DNA from: Chloroflexota bacterium
GTDB lineage: Bacteria > Chloroflexota > UBA11872
Reading direction: 5' to 3'
Length of the DNA: 64,000 bases
Assembly: GCA_022826485.1 (NCBI GenBank)
Contig: JAJDUU010000014.1
Coordinates: 131,254-195,253 of the forward strand
Both the position numbers and the translations under genes were made by a program. The notes below the pieces were generated by a model. It did no database searches and had not been told where the DNA came from. It saw nothing but the letters and a program-made list of their open reading frames with translations. Shown piece after piece: positions 41,099 to 50,891 of the stretch. Each line of letters begins with the position of its first letter. Position 1 is the first letter of the stretch.

Positions 41099-43248
41099 TG
41101 AGCGTCCGGGGCCGCGTCTCGCAGGAGCTCGGCCAAGTGCACCGGACGCGGGGCGTCGGGTGTCGCGCCGTCCGAATCAAGGTGCAGCAGGCAGCCGGGA
41201 TTGTCGCCGCATACGAGCTTGGCGCCGGTGGACGTAAACGCGTCCAGCTTGCGTTGTCGCATGCGACCGGCCACTTCGGGAAAGTCGAATGAGAACGACC
41301 CGCCGAAGCCGCAGCATTCGCCGCTGTAGGGGGCCTCGCGCACGTCGTAGCCCGCTGCCTCGAGCAGCCGGCGCATGCCGGTTCCGAGACCCAGCCCGTG
41401 ACGCGACTGGCAGGCGTCGTGCACGGTCACCACGCCACGCTGTCGCGGCGTGGCGCCGCCGGCGAGCCCATGCTCCTCGACATAGGTGGCGAATTCGACC
41501 ATGCGTCTTGCAGCGGCAAGTGCCCGCTCCCGCCATTCGGGCTCGTCGGCAAGCAGCCGTGGATAGTCGTCCCGAATGGCGCCCAGACAGCTGGTGGACG
41601 TGCTGACGACGGTTTCCACGCCGGAGCGTTCGATGGCTTCGATGGTCTGCTTGGCCATCCGCAGAGCCGGCTCGCGGTAGCCGGCGTTGATGGCCGGCAG
41701 CCCGCAGCAGGACTCGAAGACGACGGGCGCCACGGCGGCGTCCCCGAGCACGCGCACGGCCGCCTCACCCGTCTCCGGCGCGAGCCAGTCGGTGAGGCAG
41801 CCGGGAAAGTAGGCCACCTGGGCTTTCGCGCCGGCCTCGGACGTCAGGCCCGGTAGTCGATCTCGAAACGGTCGCGCCGCCACCGGCGGCAGCGGACGCG
41901 CGCGCAGCGGCGATCCCGGCAGCCGGCGCGCCAACGCCTGCGCCCCCGGAATCCGGGTCAGGGTGCGCAGCCCCTTTTCGAACGCCCGAGGTTCGGCGAG
42001 GACGCCCAACGCCAGCAACTTCATCCGATTCTTCGCGGCGCCGTCGGCGACGGCCCGAGTGCGCACCTCCTGGATCAACTCAGGGATTGGGATCCCGGCG
42101 GGACACACCGTGGCGCAGGCGCCGCAGCCCGCGCAGAGCGCCTGCGGTCCGGCCACGTTTTCCATGCCGTGATGGAACGACGTGAGCAAGAGGCCGATGG
42201 GACCGGTGTAGATGTGCCCCATGGCGTGTCCGCCGACTTGCTGATAGGTCGGGCAGACGTTCGAGCAGGCCCCGCAGCGCACGCACTGCAACGCGGTTTG
42301 GAACTTCGGGTCGCGCCGCATGGCCTCGCGTCCGTTGTCGAGCAGCACCACGTGCACGTCGCGCGGTCCGTGCACGCCGAGTGACAGGGACATCTCGATG
42401 TCGGCGCTGCGGCTGGGTCCGCTGATGAACGAGACGTAGCTGGACATCGTCTGTCCCGTGGCGCTCGCCGGCAGCATGTCCAGCGTGGCCGCGGCGTCGG
42501 TCATGGTGGCGACGAGCTTGTCCACGCCCGCGACCACGATGTGCAGCGGCGGCAGGCTGCTGCAGAGCCGCGCGTTGCCCTCGTTGCTCACCAGCATCAC
42601 GCTGCCGGTGCTGGCCACCAGGGCGTTAGCGCCCGTGATGCCGGCGTCGGCGGCGATGAACTTGTCGCGCAGGTACTCGCGCGCCGCCTGCACCAGCGTG
42701 TCGGGATCCGGCGGGAGGTCTTGCCCGGTGACGCCGCCGATCAGCTCGGCGGCGCGCTCGCGGGTGATGTGCAGCGCCGGCGCGACGATGTGCGAGGGAA
42801 GCTCGTCCGCCGCCTGCACCAGGAACTCGCCCAGATCGGTTTCGACCACTTCCAGCCCGTCGGCTTCGAGCGCCTGGTTTAGACCGATTTCCTCCGTGGC
42901 CATGGACTTGCTCTTCACGACCATTCGCGCCGACGCCCGGCGCAGCAGTTCCGCCACCGTTTCCCGCACCGCAGCCGCGTCGGCCGGCGGATGCACCACC
43001 ATGCCGGCCTTCTCCGCAACCGCGGTGAACTGATCGAGCAAACGGGGGCCGTCGGCGACGTCGCGCTTGCGGATCGCCGCCAGCCGCGCCTGCTCGGCGG
43101 GGAAGTCGCGTCCGTCGAACGCCTCGCGCCGGCGCCCGTCCAGCAGCGGCAGCACTCGACCCAGCGCCATCGGCAGGGAGTCCGACTCCAGAGCGTCGCG
43201 CAGCCGCTGCTTGAACGGCGCAACCGCCTGGCTCACGGCGCCGACCAT
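41095..43248 (-). CDS. Fused lactate-utilisation-type iron-sulfur oxidoreductase (LutB-like LUD plus 2x[4Fe-4S] domains fused to a LutA/GlcF-like double CCG domain)
   Basis: It has CVRCGACSNVCP and CAGCGACATVCP ferredoxin motifs, CCGLP and CCGFGG cysteine-rich CCG motifs, and an N-terminal LUD (DUF162) region. Confidence 0.8.
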   Translation of the reverse strand: MVGAVSQAVAPFKQRLRDALESDSLPMALGRVLPLLDGRRREAFDGRDFPAEQARLAAIRKRDVADGPRLLDQFTAVAEKAGMVVHPPADAAAVRETVAELLRRASARMVVKSKSMATEEIGLNQALEADGLEVVETDLGEFLVQAADELPSHIVAPALHITRERAAELIGGVTGQDLPPDPDTLVQAAREYLRDKFIAADAGITGANALVASTGSVMLVSNEGNARLCSSLPPLHIVVAGVDKLVATMTDAAATLDMLPASATGQTMSSYVSFISGPSRSADIEMSLSLGVHGPRDVHVVLLDNGREAMRRDPKFQTALQCVRCGACSNVCPTYQQVGGHAMGHIYTGPIGLLLTSFHHGMENVAGPQALCAGCGACATVCPAGIPIPELIQEVRTRAVADGAAKNRMKLLALGVLAEPRAFEKGLRTLTRIPGAQALARRLPGSPLRARPLPPVAARPFRDRLPGLTSEAGAKAQVAYFPGCLTDWLAPETGEAAVRVLGDAAVAPVVFESCCGLPAINAGYREPALRMAKQTIEAIERSGVETVVSTSTSCLGAIRDDYPRLLADEPEWRERALAAARRMVEFATYVEEHGLAGGATPRQRGVVTVHDACQSRHGLGLGTGMRRLLEAAGYDVREAPYSGECCGFGGSFSFDFPEVAGRMRQRKLDAFTSTGAKLVCGDNPGCLLHLDSDGATPDAPRPVHLAELLRDAAPDAQ

Positions 43249-44663
43249 TCGCCGACGCGATGCAGCTTGAGCAGGTTGGTGCTGGCCTTGCCGACGGGCG
43301 ACGCCGCCACGAGCACCACCGGGGTTTCGGGCGCGAGGCCAAAATCGCGGCTCAAGCCGGCGTCCAGCATTCCAATCACGGCGTCCGTGTCGGGCATCCG
43401 AGTGGTGGGGATCGGATGCACGGCGCGGCGCAGCGTCAGGCGGCGGGCGACGGCCTCGTCCGCACAGAACGCCGCGATGGGCACGCGCGGCCGTGCTCCT
43501 GCGAGCAGCTCCGCAGTCTCGCCGGTCTCGGTGAAGCAGGCGATCGCGGCGATGTCTGGATTGGCGGCCGTGACGTCCGCCACTGCTCGGGCTACGGCCG
43601 CGGCTGAATCGCCGGGCTGCGGTTGGAGCATTGGGGCCGAGAATTCGTCGCCGTGGCGCTCGGTTTCCCTGGCAATGCGCGCGGCCGTCTGCACCGCGGC
43701 GACGGGATGACGGCCGATCGCCGTTTCGCCCGACAGCATCACCGCGTCGGCATCGTCGAGCACGGCATTGGCGATGTCGCTCACCTCGGCGCGCGTGGGT
43801 CGAGATTCGTCGATCATGGACTCCAGCATATGTGTCGCGATGATCGCCGGGACACCCATCGCGACGGCCTGGCGGGTCAGGCTCTTTTGGATCAGCGGCA
43901 CGCGCTCCAGGTCCACGTCCACGCCCAGGTCGCCGCGGGCGAGCATCACGGCGTCGGCCGCGTGCAGGATATCCGCTGCCGCCTCGACGGCGGCGCTAGT
44001 CTCGATCTTGGCGACGATCGGAATCGCGGGCGCGCCGAGGGCCGCGCGTAGCGCGTCCACGTCGGACGCCCGGCGCACGAACGACTGCGCGATGTAGTCG
44101 ACTCCCAGGGTGCGGGCCCGGACCAGGCCGTCGCGGTCGCGCTCCGTGATGGCCGGCAGCGAGAGCCTCGATGCAGGAACGTTGACGCCGGCGTGCGACC
44201 GCAGGGCGCCTCCGGTCACCACTTCGCACACCGCGTCGTCGCTGGTGGAAGTCACGCGCAGCTCGACCGCTCCGTCCGCCAGCGATATCCGATCGCCTGG
44301 CCGCAGGTCGCCCGCCAGCCCGTCGTGATTGGTTGCCGCGCCGTGCGCATCGCCGATCTCCATGTCGCGCCGCAGCGTAAAGGTCGCGCCGGTCCTGAGC
44401 ACCACTCCGCCGGGAGGCAGCCGGCCGAGCCGGACCTTCGGGCCGGCCAGGTCCGCCATGACGGCCACCGGCCGGCCGGCGCGCGCGGCCGCATCTCGCA
44501 CCGCCCGCGCGGCAGCCGCGTGATCGGCCGGAGTGCCGTGCGAGAAGTTGAGCCGCGCCACGTCCATGCCGGCCGCCACCAGTTCATCGACCCGTCCAAC
44601 GCTGGCGGGGCCGATCGTGGCGACGATCTTGGTGCGGCGCAGGGCCAATTCGCCGCCGGTCAT
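43233..44663 (-). CDS. pyk: Pyruvate kinase
   Basis: It begins RTKIVATIGPAS and contains MLARGDLGV and MLSGETA motifs. It overlaps the start of the upstream Fe-S oxidoreductase by 16 nt. Confidence 0.9.
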   Translation of the reverse strand: MTGGELALRRTKIVATIGPASVGRVDELVAAGMDVARLNFSHGTPADHAAAARAVRDAAARAGRPVAVMADLAGPKVRLGRLPPGGVVLRTGATFTLRRDMEIGDAHGAATNHDGLAGDLRPGDRISLADGAVELRVTSTSDDAVCEVVTGGALRSHAGVNVPASRLSLPAITERDRDGLVRARTLGVDYIAQSFVRRASDVDALRAALGAPAIPIVAKIETSAAVEAAADILHAADAVMLARGDLGVDVDLERVPLIQKSLTRQAVAMGVPAIIATHMLESMIDESRPTRAEVSDIANAVLDDADAVMLSGETAIGRHPVAAVQTAARIARETERHGDEFSAPMLQPQPGDSAAAVARAVADVTAANPDIAAIACFTETGETAELLAGARPRVPIAAFCADEAVARRLTLRRAVHPIPTTRMPDTDAVIGMLDAGLSRDFGLAPETPVVLVAASPVGKASTNLLKLHRVGEWSAP

Positions 44664-44749
44664 CGAGCAGATCCGCGGTCGCCGGTAGGTCGCCGCTCGC
44701 GATCCGGCATAGAATGGCGCGCTTGGCACGCTTCCAGGGGGCTTGCCGC

Positions 44750-45868
44750 ATGGCAGTCACCGCCGATCGTCCGTCCACCACCCGCGACGACATGGTCATC
44801 GTGGATGTCGACGTGCACGTCAACGACACGCCTGAAGCGTTGGCGCCCTATTGCGACGCGCCCTATCGCCGGGTGCTGGAGCACATCAGCACGTTGCCGC
44901 GCCGCTATCTGGACATCCCGGGATACGCGCTCAGGCTCGCGATCGATCTGCCCCTGCCCGACCGCGGGGCGGGCGCGCGGTCCGTGCACACGCCGCAGCA
45001 GATGCGCGAGGACCTGGACGCGCTGGCGGTCGATATCGGCATCCTGTTCCCGGACCATCTGCTGACGATGGCGGCGCTGCCCGACGACGTGTACGCGGCG
45101 GCGCTCGGCCGCGCCTACAACGCCTGGCTGGCCGAGGAGTGGGTGAGCCGCGCGGACGGGCTCTACGGGGCGGTGGTCGCCGCGCCGCAGGACCCCGAGG
45201 ACGCCGCGCGCGAGATTCGCCGCTATGGGGCGCTCGACGAGTTCGTCGGCGTCTATCTGCCGACGGCGGGCGTGAATCCGCTGTGGGGCGCCCGGCGCTA
45301 CACCCCGATCTTCGAAGCCGCCGCCGAGATGGGTCTGCCGGTGATGCTGCACAGCGTGGGCCTGATTCACGCCGCGTTTCCCTTCAACGTCGAGCAGTTC
45401 CGCACGATTCTCTTCCGCCACCCGATTCAACATGAGTTTGCCCTGATGGCGAACATGTTCAGCATGCTCGAATCGGCCATACCGGCGCGATTCCCCGACC
45501 TGTGCATCGTCTTCACCGAAGGCGGCATCTCGTGGGTGCCCTTTACGATGTGGCGGCTGGACAAGGAGTACCACGAATACCGCTCGATGGCGCCCCTGCT
45601 CGAACACCCCCCAAGCCACTACATCCGGAAGTTCTACTTCTCGACCCAGCCGATCGAGGAGCCCGAGCGTCCCCAGGACCTGGTGACGATGCTCGACATG
45701 TTTGACGGCGCCGACCAGGTGCTGTTCGCGTCGGATTGGCCCCACCATGACTTCGATCATCCGCGCCAGGTGCTCAACATGCCGTTCCCGGCGGACGTGA
45801 AGCGGAAGATCATGGGCGAGAACGCGCTGGCGCTGTTCGGCATCGACGCACCCGTGCGGGCCGGCTAG
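44750..45868 (+). CDS. Amidohydrolase-2 family TIM-barrel metal-dependent hydrolase/decarboxylase (ACMSD/LigW-like, PF04909)
   Basis: It has MVIVDVDVHVN (His-x-His metal ligands) and ...FASDWPHHD at the C-terminus. Confidence 0.7.
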   Translation: MAVTADRPSTTRDDMVIVDVDVHVNDTPEALAPYCDAPYRRVLEHISTLPRRYLDIPGYALRLAIDLPLPDRGAGARSVHTPQQMREDLDALAVDIGILFPDHLLTMAALPDDVYAAALGRAYNAWLAEEWVSRADGLYGAVVAAPQDPEDAAREIRRYGALDEFVGVYLPTAGVNPLWGARRYTPIFEAAAEMGLPVMLHSVGLIHAAFPFNVEQFRTILFRHPIQHEFALMANMFSMLESAIPARFPDLCIVFTEGGISWVPFTMWRLDKEYHEYRSMAPLLEHPPSHYIRKFYFSTQPIEEPERPQDLVTMLDMFDGADQVLFASDWPHHDFDHPRQVLNMPFPADVKRKIMGENALALFGIDAPVRAG

Positions 45869-45873
45869 CCGCG

Positions 45874-46230
45874 ATGGCGCGCATATCCGCGGGACCCGCC
45901 GACGCCCTGGCGCCCGGCGAGCGCACCTTCGTCAAGCACCGCAACTTCGAGATTGGCGTCTTCAACGTCAACGGCAACTTTCGGGCCTACCGCAATCGCT
46001 GCCCGCATCAGCTCGGCCCCGCCTGCGAAGGCGCGATCAGCGGCACGCTGATGGGCTCGGCGGACACCGACTGGCAGTTGGAGTGGGTCCTCGACGGACG
46101 CGTCCTGCTCTGCCCCTGGCATCAGGTCGAGTTCGACCTCGACACCGGCGAGCGCATCCGCGGCCTCGGCGAGCGGCTCAGGTCATACACCGTCGAAGTC
46201 GACGACGGCGAGCTGTACGTCGTCGTTTAG
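45874..46230 (+). CDS. Rieske [2Fe-2S] domain protein (small subunit/ferredoxin-like)
   Basis: It carries CPHQLG ... CPWHQVEF, the CxH...CxxH Rieske ligands. Confidence 0.75.
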   Translation: MARISAGPADALAPGERTFVKHRNFEIGVFNVNGNFRAYRNRCPHQLGPACEGAISGTLMGSADTDWQLEWVLDGRVLLCPWHQVEFDLDTGERIRGLGERLRSYTVEVDDGELYVVV

Positions 46231-46330
46231 GCGGTCCTTTCCGGAGTAGGCGCGACGCCGCGGTCGAATGATGGAAGCGGAGCCTCATCCGTAGACTTGA
46301 CCAAGCGGGACCTCTGTTTCGCGATCTCCT

Positions 46331-47110
46331 GTGGTGCGCGGCATGCGGATTTGCCTGATCGGCGACACGCACGGCTTCGTGCCGGGTCTCGAGGCCGCGA
46401 TCAGGGCATGCCGGCGTCACGCTCCGGATCGCATCGTGCATTGCGGTGACTTTCTGACCTCGCCGTATTCGCCCGACCCACCCGGCGAAACGATGGACCT
46501 GTTGCGCGCGGAGCGAATCGACGTCATCTATGGCAACAACGAGGCCTATCTGCGCGACTGGGGAACGTCGCGCTGGGATGCGACGGTCGCCGCCCGCCGG
46601 CGCCGGCCGGACTCGCCGGATTACTTCCTGTCCCACATCGAGCGAGGGCAGGCCAAGATCAGTTCCGCGGACCTCAAATGGCTGCGGGCCTTGCCGGAGG
46701 AGCTGTCGCTAGACGGGGCGCGGGCAGGGGACGTGTTCGTAAGCCATGGCATGCCCGGCAATCCGTTTGCCACGATCTGGGACACGGATCCAGCCTTCAC
46801 GCCTGCATTCACCGATCACGAAATCGACGCGGCGCTGTCCCGCGATGATGTCGCGTCGGCCGACCTGATCTTGTGCGGCCACACTCCGGGCCCCACGCTC
46901 CTGCGAATCGCGCTTCCAAATGGCCGGGCGGCGCTCGTGGTTCGCAGCTCCGGATACCGGCCCGGCGATGGGCCGGGTCCGTGGTACCAGGGGATTTGCG
47001 TGCTCACCGATGGCGGCGGTCCGGTGTCCGGCTTCGCCCGCTGGAGCATTGCGTTCGAGTGGGCGCCATTCGTGCCGCGCGACCCGAGCTGGACCGACGT
47101 GAGCCCCTGA
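46331..47110 (+). CDS. Metallophosphoesterase (calcineurin-like)
   Basis: It carries GDTHG, GDFL, GNNE and GHTP motifs. Confidence 0.75.
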   Translation: MVRGMRICLIGDTHGFVPGLEAAIRACRRHAPDRIVHCGDFLTSPYSPDPPGETMDLLRAERIDVIYGNNEAYLRDWGTSRWDATVAARRRRPDSPDYFLSHIERGQAKISSADLKWLRALPEELSLDGARAGDVFVSHGMPGNPFATIWDTDPAFTPAFTDHEIDAALSRDDVASADLILCGHTPGPTLLRIALPNGRAALVVRSSGYRPGDGPGPWYQGICVLTDGGGPVSGFARWSIAFEWAPFVPRDPSWTDVSP

Positions 47111-47111
47111 C

Positions 47112-47807
47112 GTGATGGCCGCCTACGACCCCATAGCCGATTGGTACGCGGCCCAAGCTCGGTCGGGCTCGCTGCACGCATTTCTCCACCACCTCGCCGG
47201 CCGTCTACTCGAGATGGCCGGCGATGTTTCCGGCAAGCGGGTGTTGGACGCGGGCTGTGGAGAAGGCCATGTGGCCCGCTTGTTCGCGCGCCACGAGGCG
47301 GACGTAGTGGCGGTCGACATCTCGCCGAAGCTCCTGCACCTCGCGCGGACCTTCGAGGAGCAGGATCAACTCGAGATTGAGTACGTAGAAGCGGACCTGG
47401 CCTCAGGGTTGCTGTCCCACCGCGGGGCATTCGATCTGGCGACCGCAAACATGGTGCTCGAAGACTGTGAGGACCTCTTGGGCGTGCTGGCCGCGATCGC
47501 CGAGGCCCTCAAGCCCGGTGGCCGCCTTCTCCTGTCGATGAACAATCCCTACGCGCTCGCCGCCAGGGGGAAGGTCGACGACTACTGTTCAGCGGGAGTG
47601 ATCACCCAAACGTTCGGCACGGAGCAAGCGCGTCATGAAGTCCCGTTCTACTACCGCTCGTTCGAGGAGCTTATGGCCGCGTTTCGGCAGCAGGGGCTAT
47701 TGCTCCGCAGCCTGGTAGATGTCCGGCCCAATCCGTCCGATCCGCATCTACCGGACGATCCGGTGCCCAAGATCATGCTGCTCGAACTGGTTCAGGACGC
47801 ATCGTGA
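47112..47807 (+). CDS. Class I SAM-dependent methyltransferase
   Basis: It carries VLDAGCGEGHV (motif I) and the DLATANMVL region. Confidence 0.75.
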   Translation: MMAAYDPIADWYAAQARSGSLHAFLHHLAGRLLEMAGDVSGKRVLDAGCGEGHVARLFARHEADVVAVDISPKLLHLARTFEEQDQLEIEYVEADLASGLLSHRGAFDLATANMVLEDCEDLLGVLAAIAEALKPGGRLLLSMNNPYALAARGKVDDYCSAGVITQTFGTEQARHEVPFYYRSFEELMAAFRQQGLLLRSLVDVRPNPSDPHLPDDPVPKIMLLELVQDAS

Positions 47808-47983
47808 CTACGCGGCCCACGCTTCGACGACGCACGGCATCGGAGTTGCTTATTTGCACGTCTGGCGGCGAGCTGTAGGTGGTCGTATAGAAGGGTGGAC
47901 GGCTGCCCGCTGCAGGCGATGTTCATCCTTGCTCGTCGTCATGGCCCCAGGCCTGGATTCCTGTCAGGTTTGTTGATCGCGGC

Positions 47984-49316
47984 CTAGCCGGCACACGCCG
48001 CCGGGTCGGGCGTCATGCTCACTTGGCCCGACTGCACCGGCGCCGGCTCGCGGGTGGGCTCCGCCCGGGCCACGACACGCACATCACTGCCGTCGGGCGC
48101 TGCGGTGTACACGGACGTGCCGAAGTAGCCGGCGTGATTGGGGCGTCCGATGCTGATGGTCGCGATCCGCGAACCGTCCGGCGACCAAGCGGCGAGTGCC
48201 CCGGGTATGGGTGACGCGTTCACCAGCGTGCCGTCCAGATCGACTACGCCGGTCCCGAAGCACGAAAAGAGAATCTGTGAGCCGCTAGGTGACCAGGCCA
48301 CCGTCTCGACCCAGGCGTCCGCGGCGTGCGGGTCTCGGCTAAAGAGGGTGCCAGAACGCTGCCGCCAACCTCGGATCGTTGTCAGGCGCCGCGCGTCGGT
48401 CCCATCCGCTGCGATCGTGTAGAGCCCCACGGAGTCGCGCTCTGGGTCTGCCTTTGCGAATGCGATGCGCCGCCCGTCCGGCGACCACGACGGTCCGCTC
48501 ACCGCTTCGGTGATCCACCGCATGGCCCCGCCGGCGGCGCTGATGGTGTAGATGGAGTATCCCGGACGTTCGTCGTAGCCCACTACGGCGATGCGTTGCC
48601 CGTCCGGGGACCACTGCGGCGGATGTGGGGCAATGATGACCGCGGTGGAATTGGCCGCGTCGTCAAGTGGATGGATGTCGGTGCCATCGACTGCCATTGT
48701 GTAAAGACGCAGGCCCCCGGAAATCCGGAATGATTCTGTCGTGCGACTGGCAAGGCGGCTGGAAAGAAACGCGATCCGGCTGCCGTCCGGCGACCAGGCG
48801 GGAAAGTCGGAGATTGTGGAATCCATGGTCAAGCGGATGTCATCCGTGCCGTCGGTCGACGCTCGCGCGAGTTCCGGGTCGTATTCGAGCCATGGCGGAT
48901 ACCCTCGACCTGGCGGGGGATGGCTTCGATAGGCGCATGTGCCGTAAACGAGCTGCATACCAGAGGGGGAGAGGCTCATCCTCGCCGGTCGCCCGACAAT
49001 CTCCTCCTTGGCGGGGGCCGTCCTGGCAACTAGCTCCAGCCCCGATCCATCCGCAGCCACTGCGTAGATCGCAGCACCCGGCGTCCCCGTGCTGAAGTAG
49101 ATCGTCGATCTGTGGGGATGCCAGGCCACGTTCGTCTTCGGCAGCCGGATCGGGTGAGAGTGCGGGCTGCATGTCGATTCCGGGTAGTACTTGGTAGCCA
49201 CTTGACTGTCGCCGGTCATAGCTACTTGACTCTCCCCACACCCGGCGACGACCAGCAGCGCCAGCGCTGCCGTTGCCACTAGCGCCGCCTTCTGGCGTAG
49301 ACCGCTCAAATGACGC
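47984..49316 (-). CDS. Lipoprotein with a TolB-like WD40 beta-propeller (repeated SPDG-x-RIAF blades)
   Basis: It has a signal peptide and lipobox (ALALLVVAGCG). WSPDGSRIAF, WSPDGQRIAV, WSPDGRRIAF and WSPDGSRIAT repeats follow. The start is probably TTG at about 49316, because the table Met at 49405 would overlap livF. Confidence 0.6.
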
Positions 49317-49376
49317 GCTTCATTCCTAGTGGCAACCGCACCGAACAACAAGTGCCAGCGCTGCAGCAACGCTACC

Positions 49377-50117
49377 CTACTCCGTCTCCTCGCCCTCCCC
49401 AGCATCGACTTTGCCCAGGAAAACCTGGGTCAGGATGTCCGTCTCCTGGACCGATTGGGGCGTGCCGTCGTGGACGACGCGGCCCATGTCGAGGACGTAG
49501 GCCCGGTCGACGATGTCCAGCACGCCTTTGATGTTGTGCTCGACGACCATGATGGTGGTGTTGAGCCGCTCGGCGATCTCGGCGACCTTCTGAAACACCT
49601 CTTTCACCACCACCGGCGCCAGGCCCAGGGTGGGCTCGTCGAGCAGCAGCACGTCCGGTGCGGCCATGAGGCCGCGACCCAGGGCCAGCATCTGCTGCTG
49701 CCCCCCGGACATCTGGCTGGCGTAGTCGGCGCGCTTCTCGTGCAGGATGGGGAAGAGTTCCAAGACCGAGTCAAGGCGGCGGGCCTTCTCCGCATCGTCG
49801 TTGAGGTAGAGACAGCCCATCTCCAGGTTCTCCTGGATGGTGAGGTGGGTGAACACGCGCCGACCTTGCGGCACGAAGGCGATGCCCTCTTTCACGATCT
49901 CGTGCGTGGCGGCGAGGAGCGGCTCCTGCCGCCAATAGACCGTCCCATCGACCACGGGCGCCAGTCCCATGATGGCCTTGAGCACTGTGGACTTCCCGGC
50001 CCCATTGGGACCCATGACCGCGACGACTTCACCCTTCTGGACTCCGAGCGAAACGTCGGTCAGGGCTCGCACGGCCCCATACCGCACAGAGATGCCGTCC
50101 ATTTCAAGGAGCATCAT
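49377..50117 (-). CDS. livF: Branched-chain amino acid ABC transporter ATP-binding protein LivF
   Basis: It has Walker A (GPNGAGKST), the signature MSGGQQQ, and Walker B (LLLDEPTLGL). Confidence 0.9.
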   Translation of the reverse strand: MMLLEMDGISVRYGAVRALTDVSLGVQKGEVVAVMGPNGAGKSTVLKAIMGLAPVVDGTVYWRQEPLLAATHEIVKEGIAFVPQGRRVFTHLTIQENLEMGCLYLNDDAEKARRLDSVLELFPILHEKRADYASQMSGGQQQMLALGRGLMAAPDVLLLDEPTLGLAPVVVKEVFQKVAEIAERLNTTIMVVEHNIKGVLDIVDRAYVLDMGRVVHDGTPQSVQETDILTQVFLGKVDAGEGEETE

Positions 50118-50135
50118 GCGAGCCCGCTGCTCACG

Positions 50136-50891
50136 TCAGTGGCCCAGGTAAGCGTCGATGACGTCGGACCTGCCGAGCACCTCGTCGACTTCCCCCACGG
50201 CGAGGAGAGCGCCGCTGTCCAGCACGAAGATGTGGTCCGATAGCTCGCGCACGATGTCCATGTTGTGGGAGACGAAGATGATGGTGCGCTTCTGCTGCCG
50301 CATTTCTTTCAGGATGGACTTGACCCGTTCCAGCATCCGGGGAAACAGGCCGGCGAACGGTTCGTCGAACAGATAGATGTTCACGTCCAGGGCCATCACG
50401 CGACCGATCTCCAGCAGCTTGCGCTGGCCGTAGGAGAGGTCCCCGGCCATGGCGTCGCGCTTCTCCCACATGCCGACGCTGCGCAGGATCTCCTCGGCCT
50501 TCTCCTGGTGACGCGGTTTCGTCCGCTCCAGCAGCGAGGGGAACAGGCGGCGCTCCGTCAGGCCCACCATGATGTTGTCCCACACGCTGATCTGGTCGAA
50601 CAGCCGCACCTCCTGAAAGGTCCGGGTGATCCCGTGGTCCGGCGTCTCGTGCGCCTTCAGGACGCGGATGCCCACTGTGTCGATCACCACGATGCCTTCG
50701 TCGATCGGCAGCATCCCGCTCAGCAGATTGATCAGGGTCGACTTGCCCGAGCCGTTCGGCCCGACGACGCAGGTGATCCACTCGCTGAAGATGGACATCG
50801 AGAGTTGGTCCACGGCCTTGACGGCGCCGAAGTGCTTCGAGATTGCCTTGGTCTCAAGCGCGAACGTGCGGGGATCGAGCTTGGTGCTCAC
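50136..50891 (-). CDS. livG: Branched-chain amino acid ABC transporter ATP-binding protein LivG
   Basis: It has GPNGSGKST, LSYGQRK and LFDEPFAG motifs. A GTG start overlaps the livM stop, and the 571-aa table ORF is an Arg-rich upstream artefact. Confidence 0.85.
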   Translation of the reverse strand: MSTKLDPRTFALETKAISKHFGAVKAVDQLSMSIFSEWITCVVGPNGSGKSTLINLLSGMLPIDEGIVVIDTVGIRVLKAHETPDHGITRTFQEVRLFDQISVWDNIMVGLTERRLFPSLLERTKPRHQEKAEEILRSVGMWEKRDAMAGDLSYGQRKLLEIGRVMALDVNIYLFDEPFAGLFPRMLERVKSILKEMRQQKRTIIFVSHNMDIVRELSDHIFVLDSGALLAVGEVDEVLGRSDVIDAYLGH

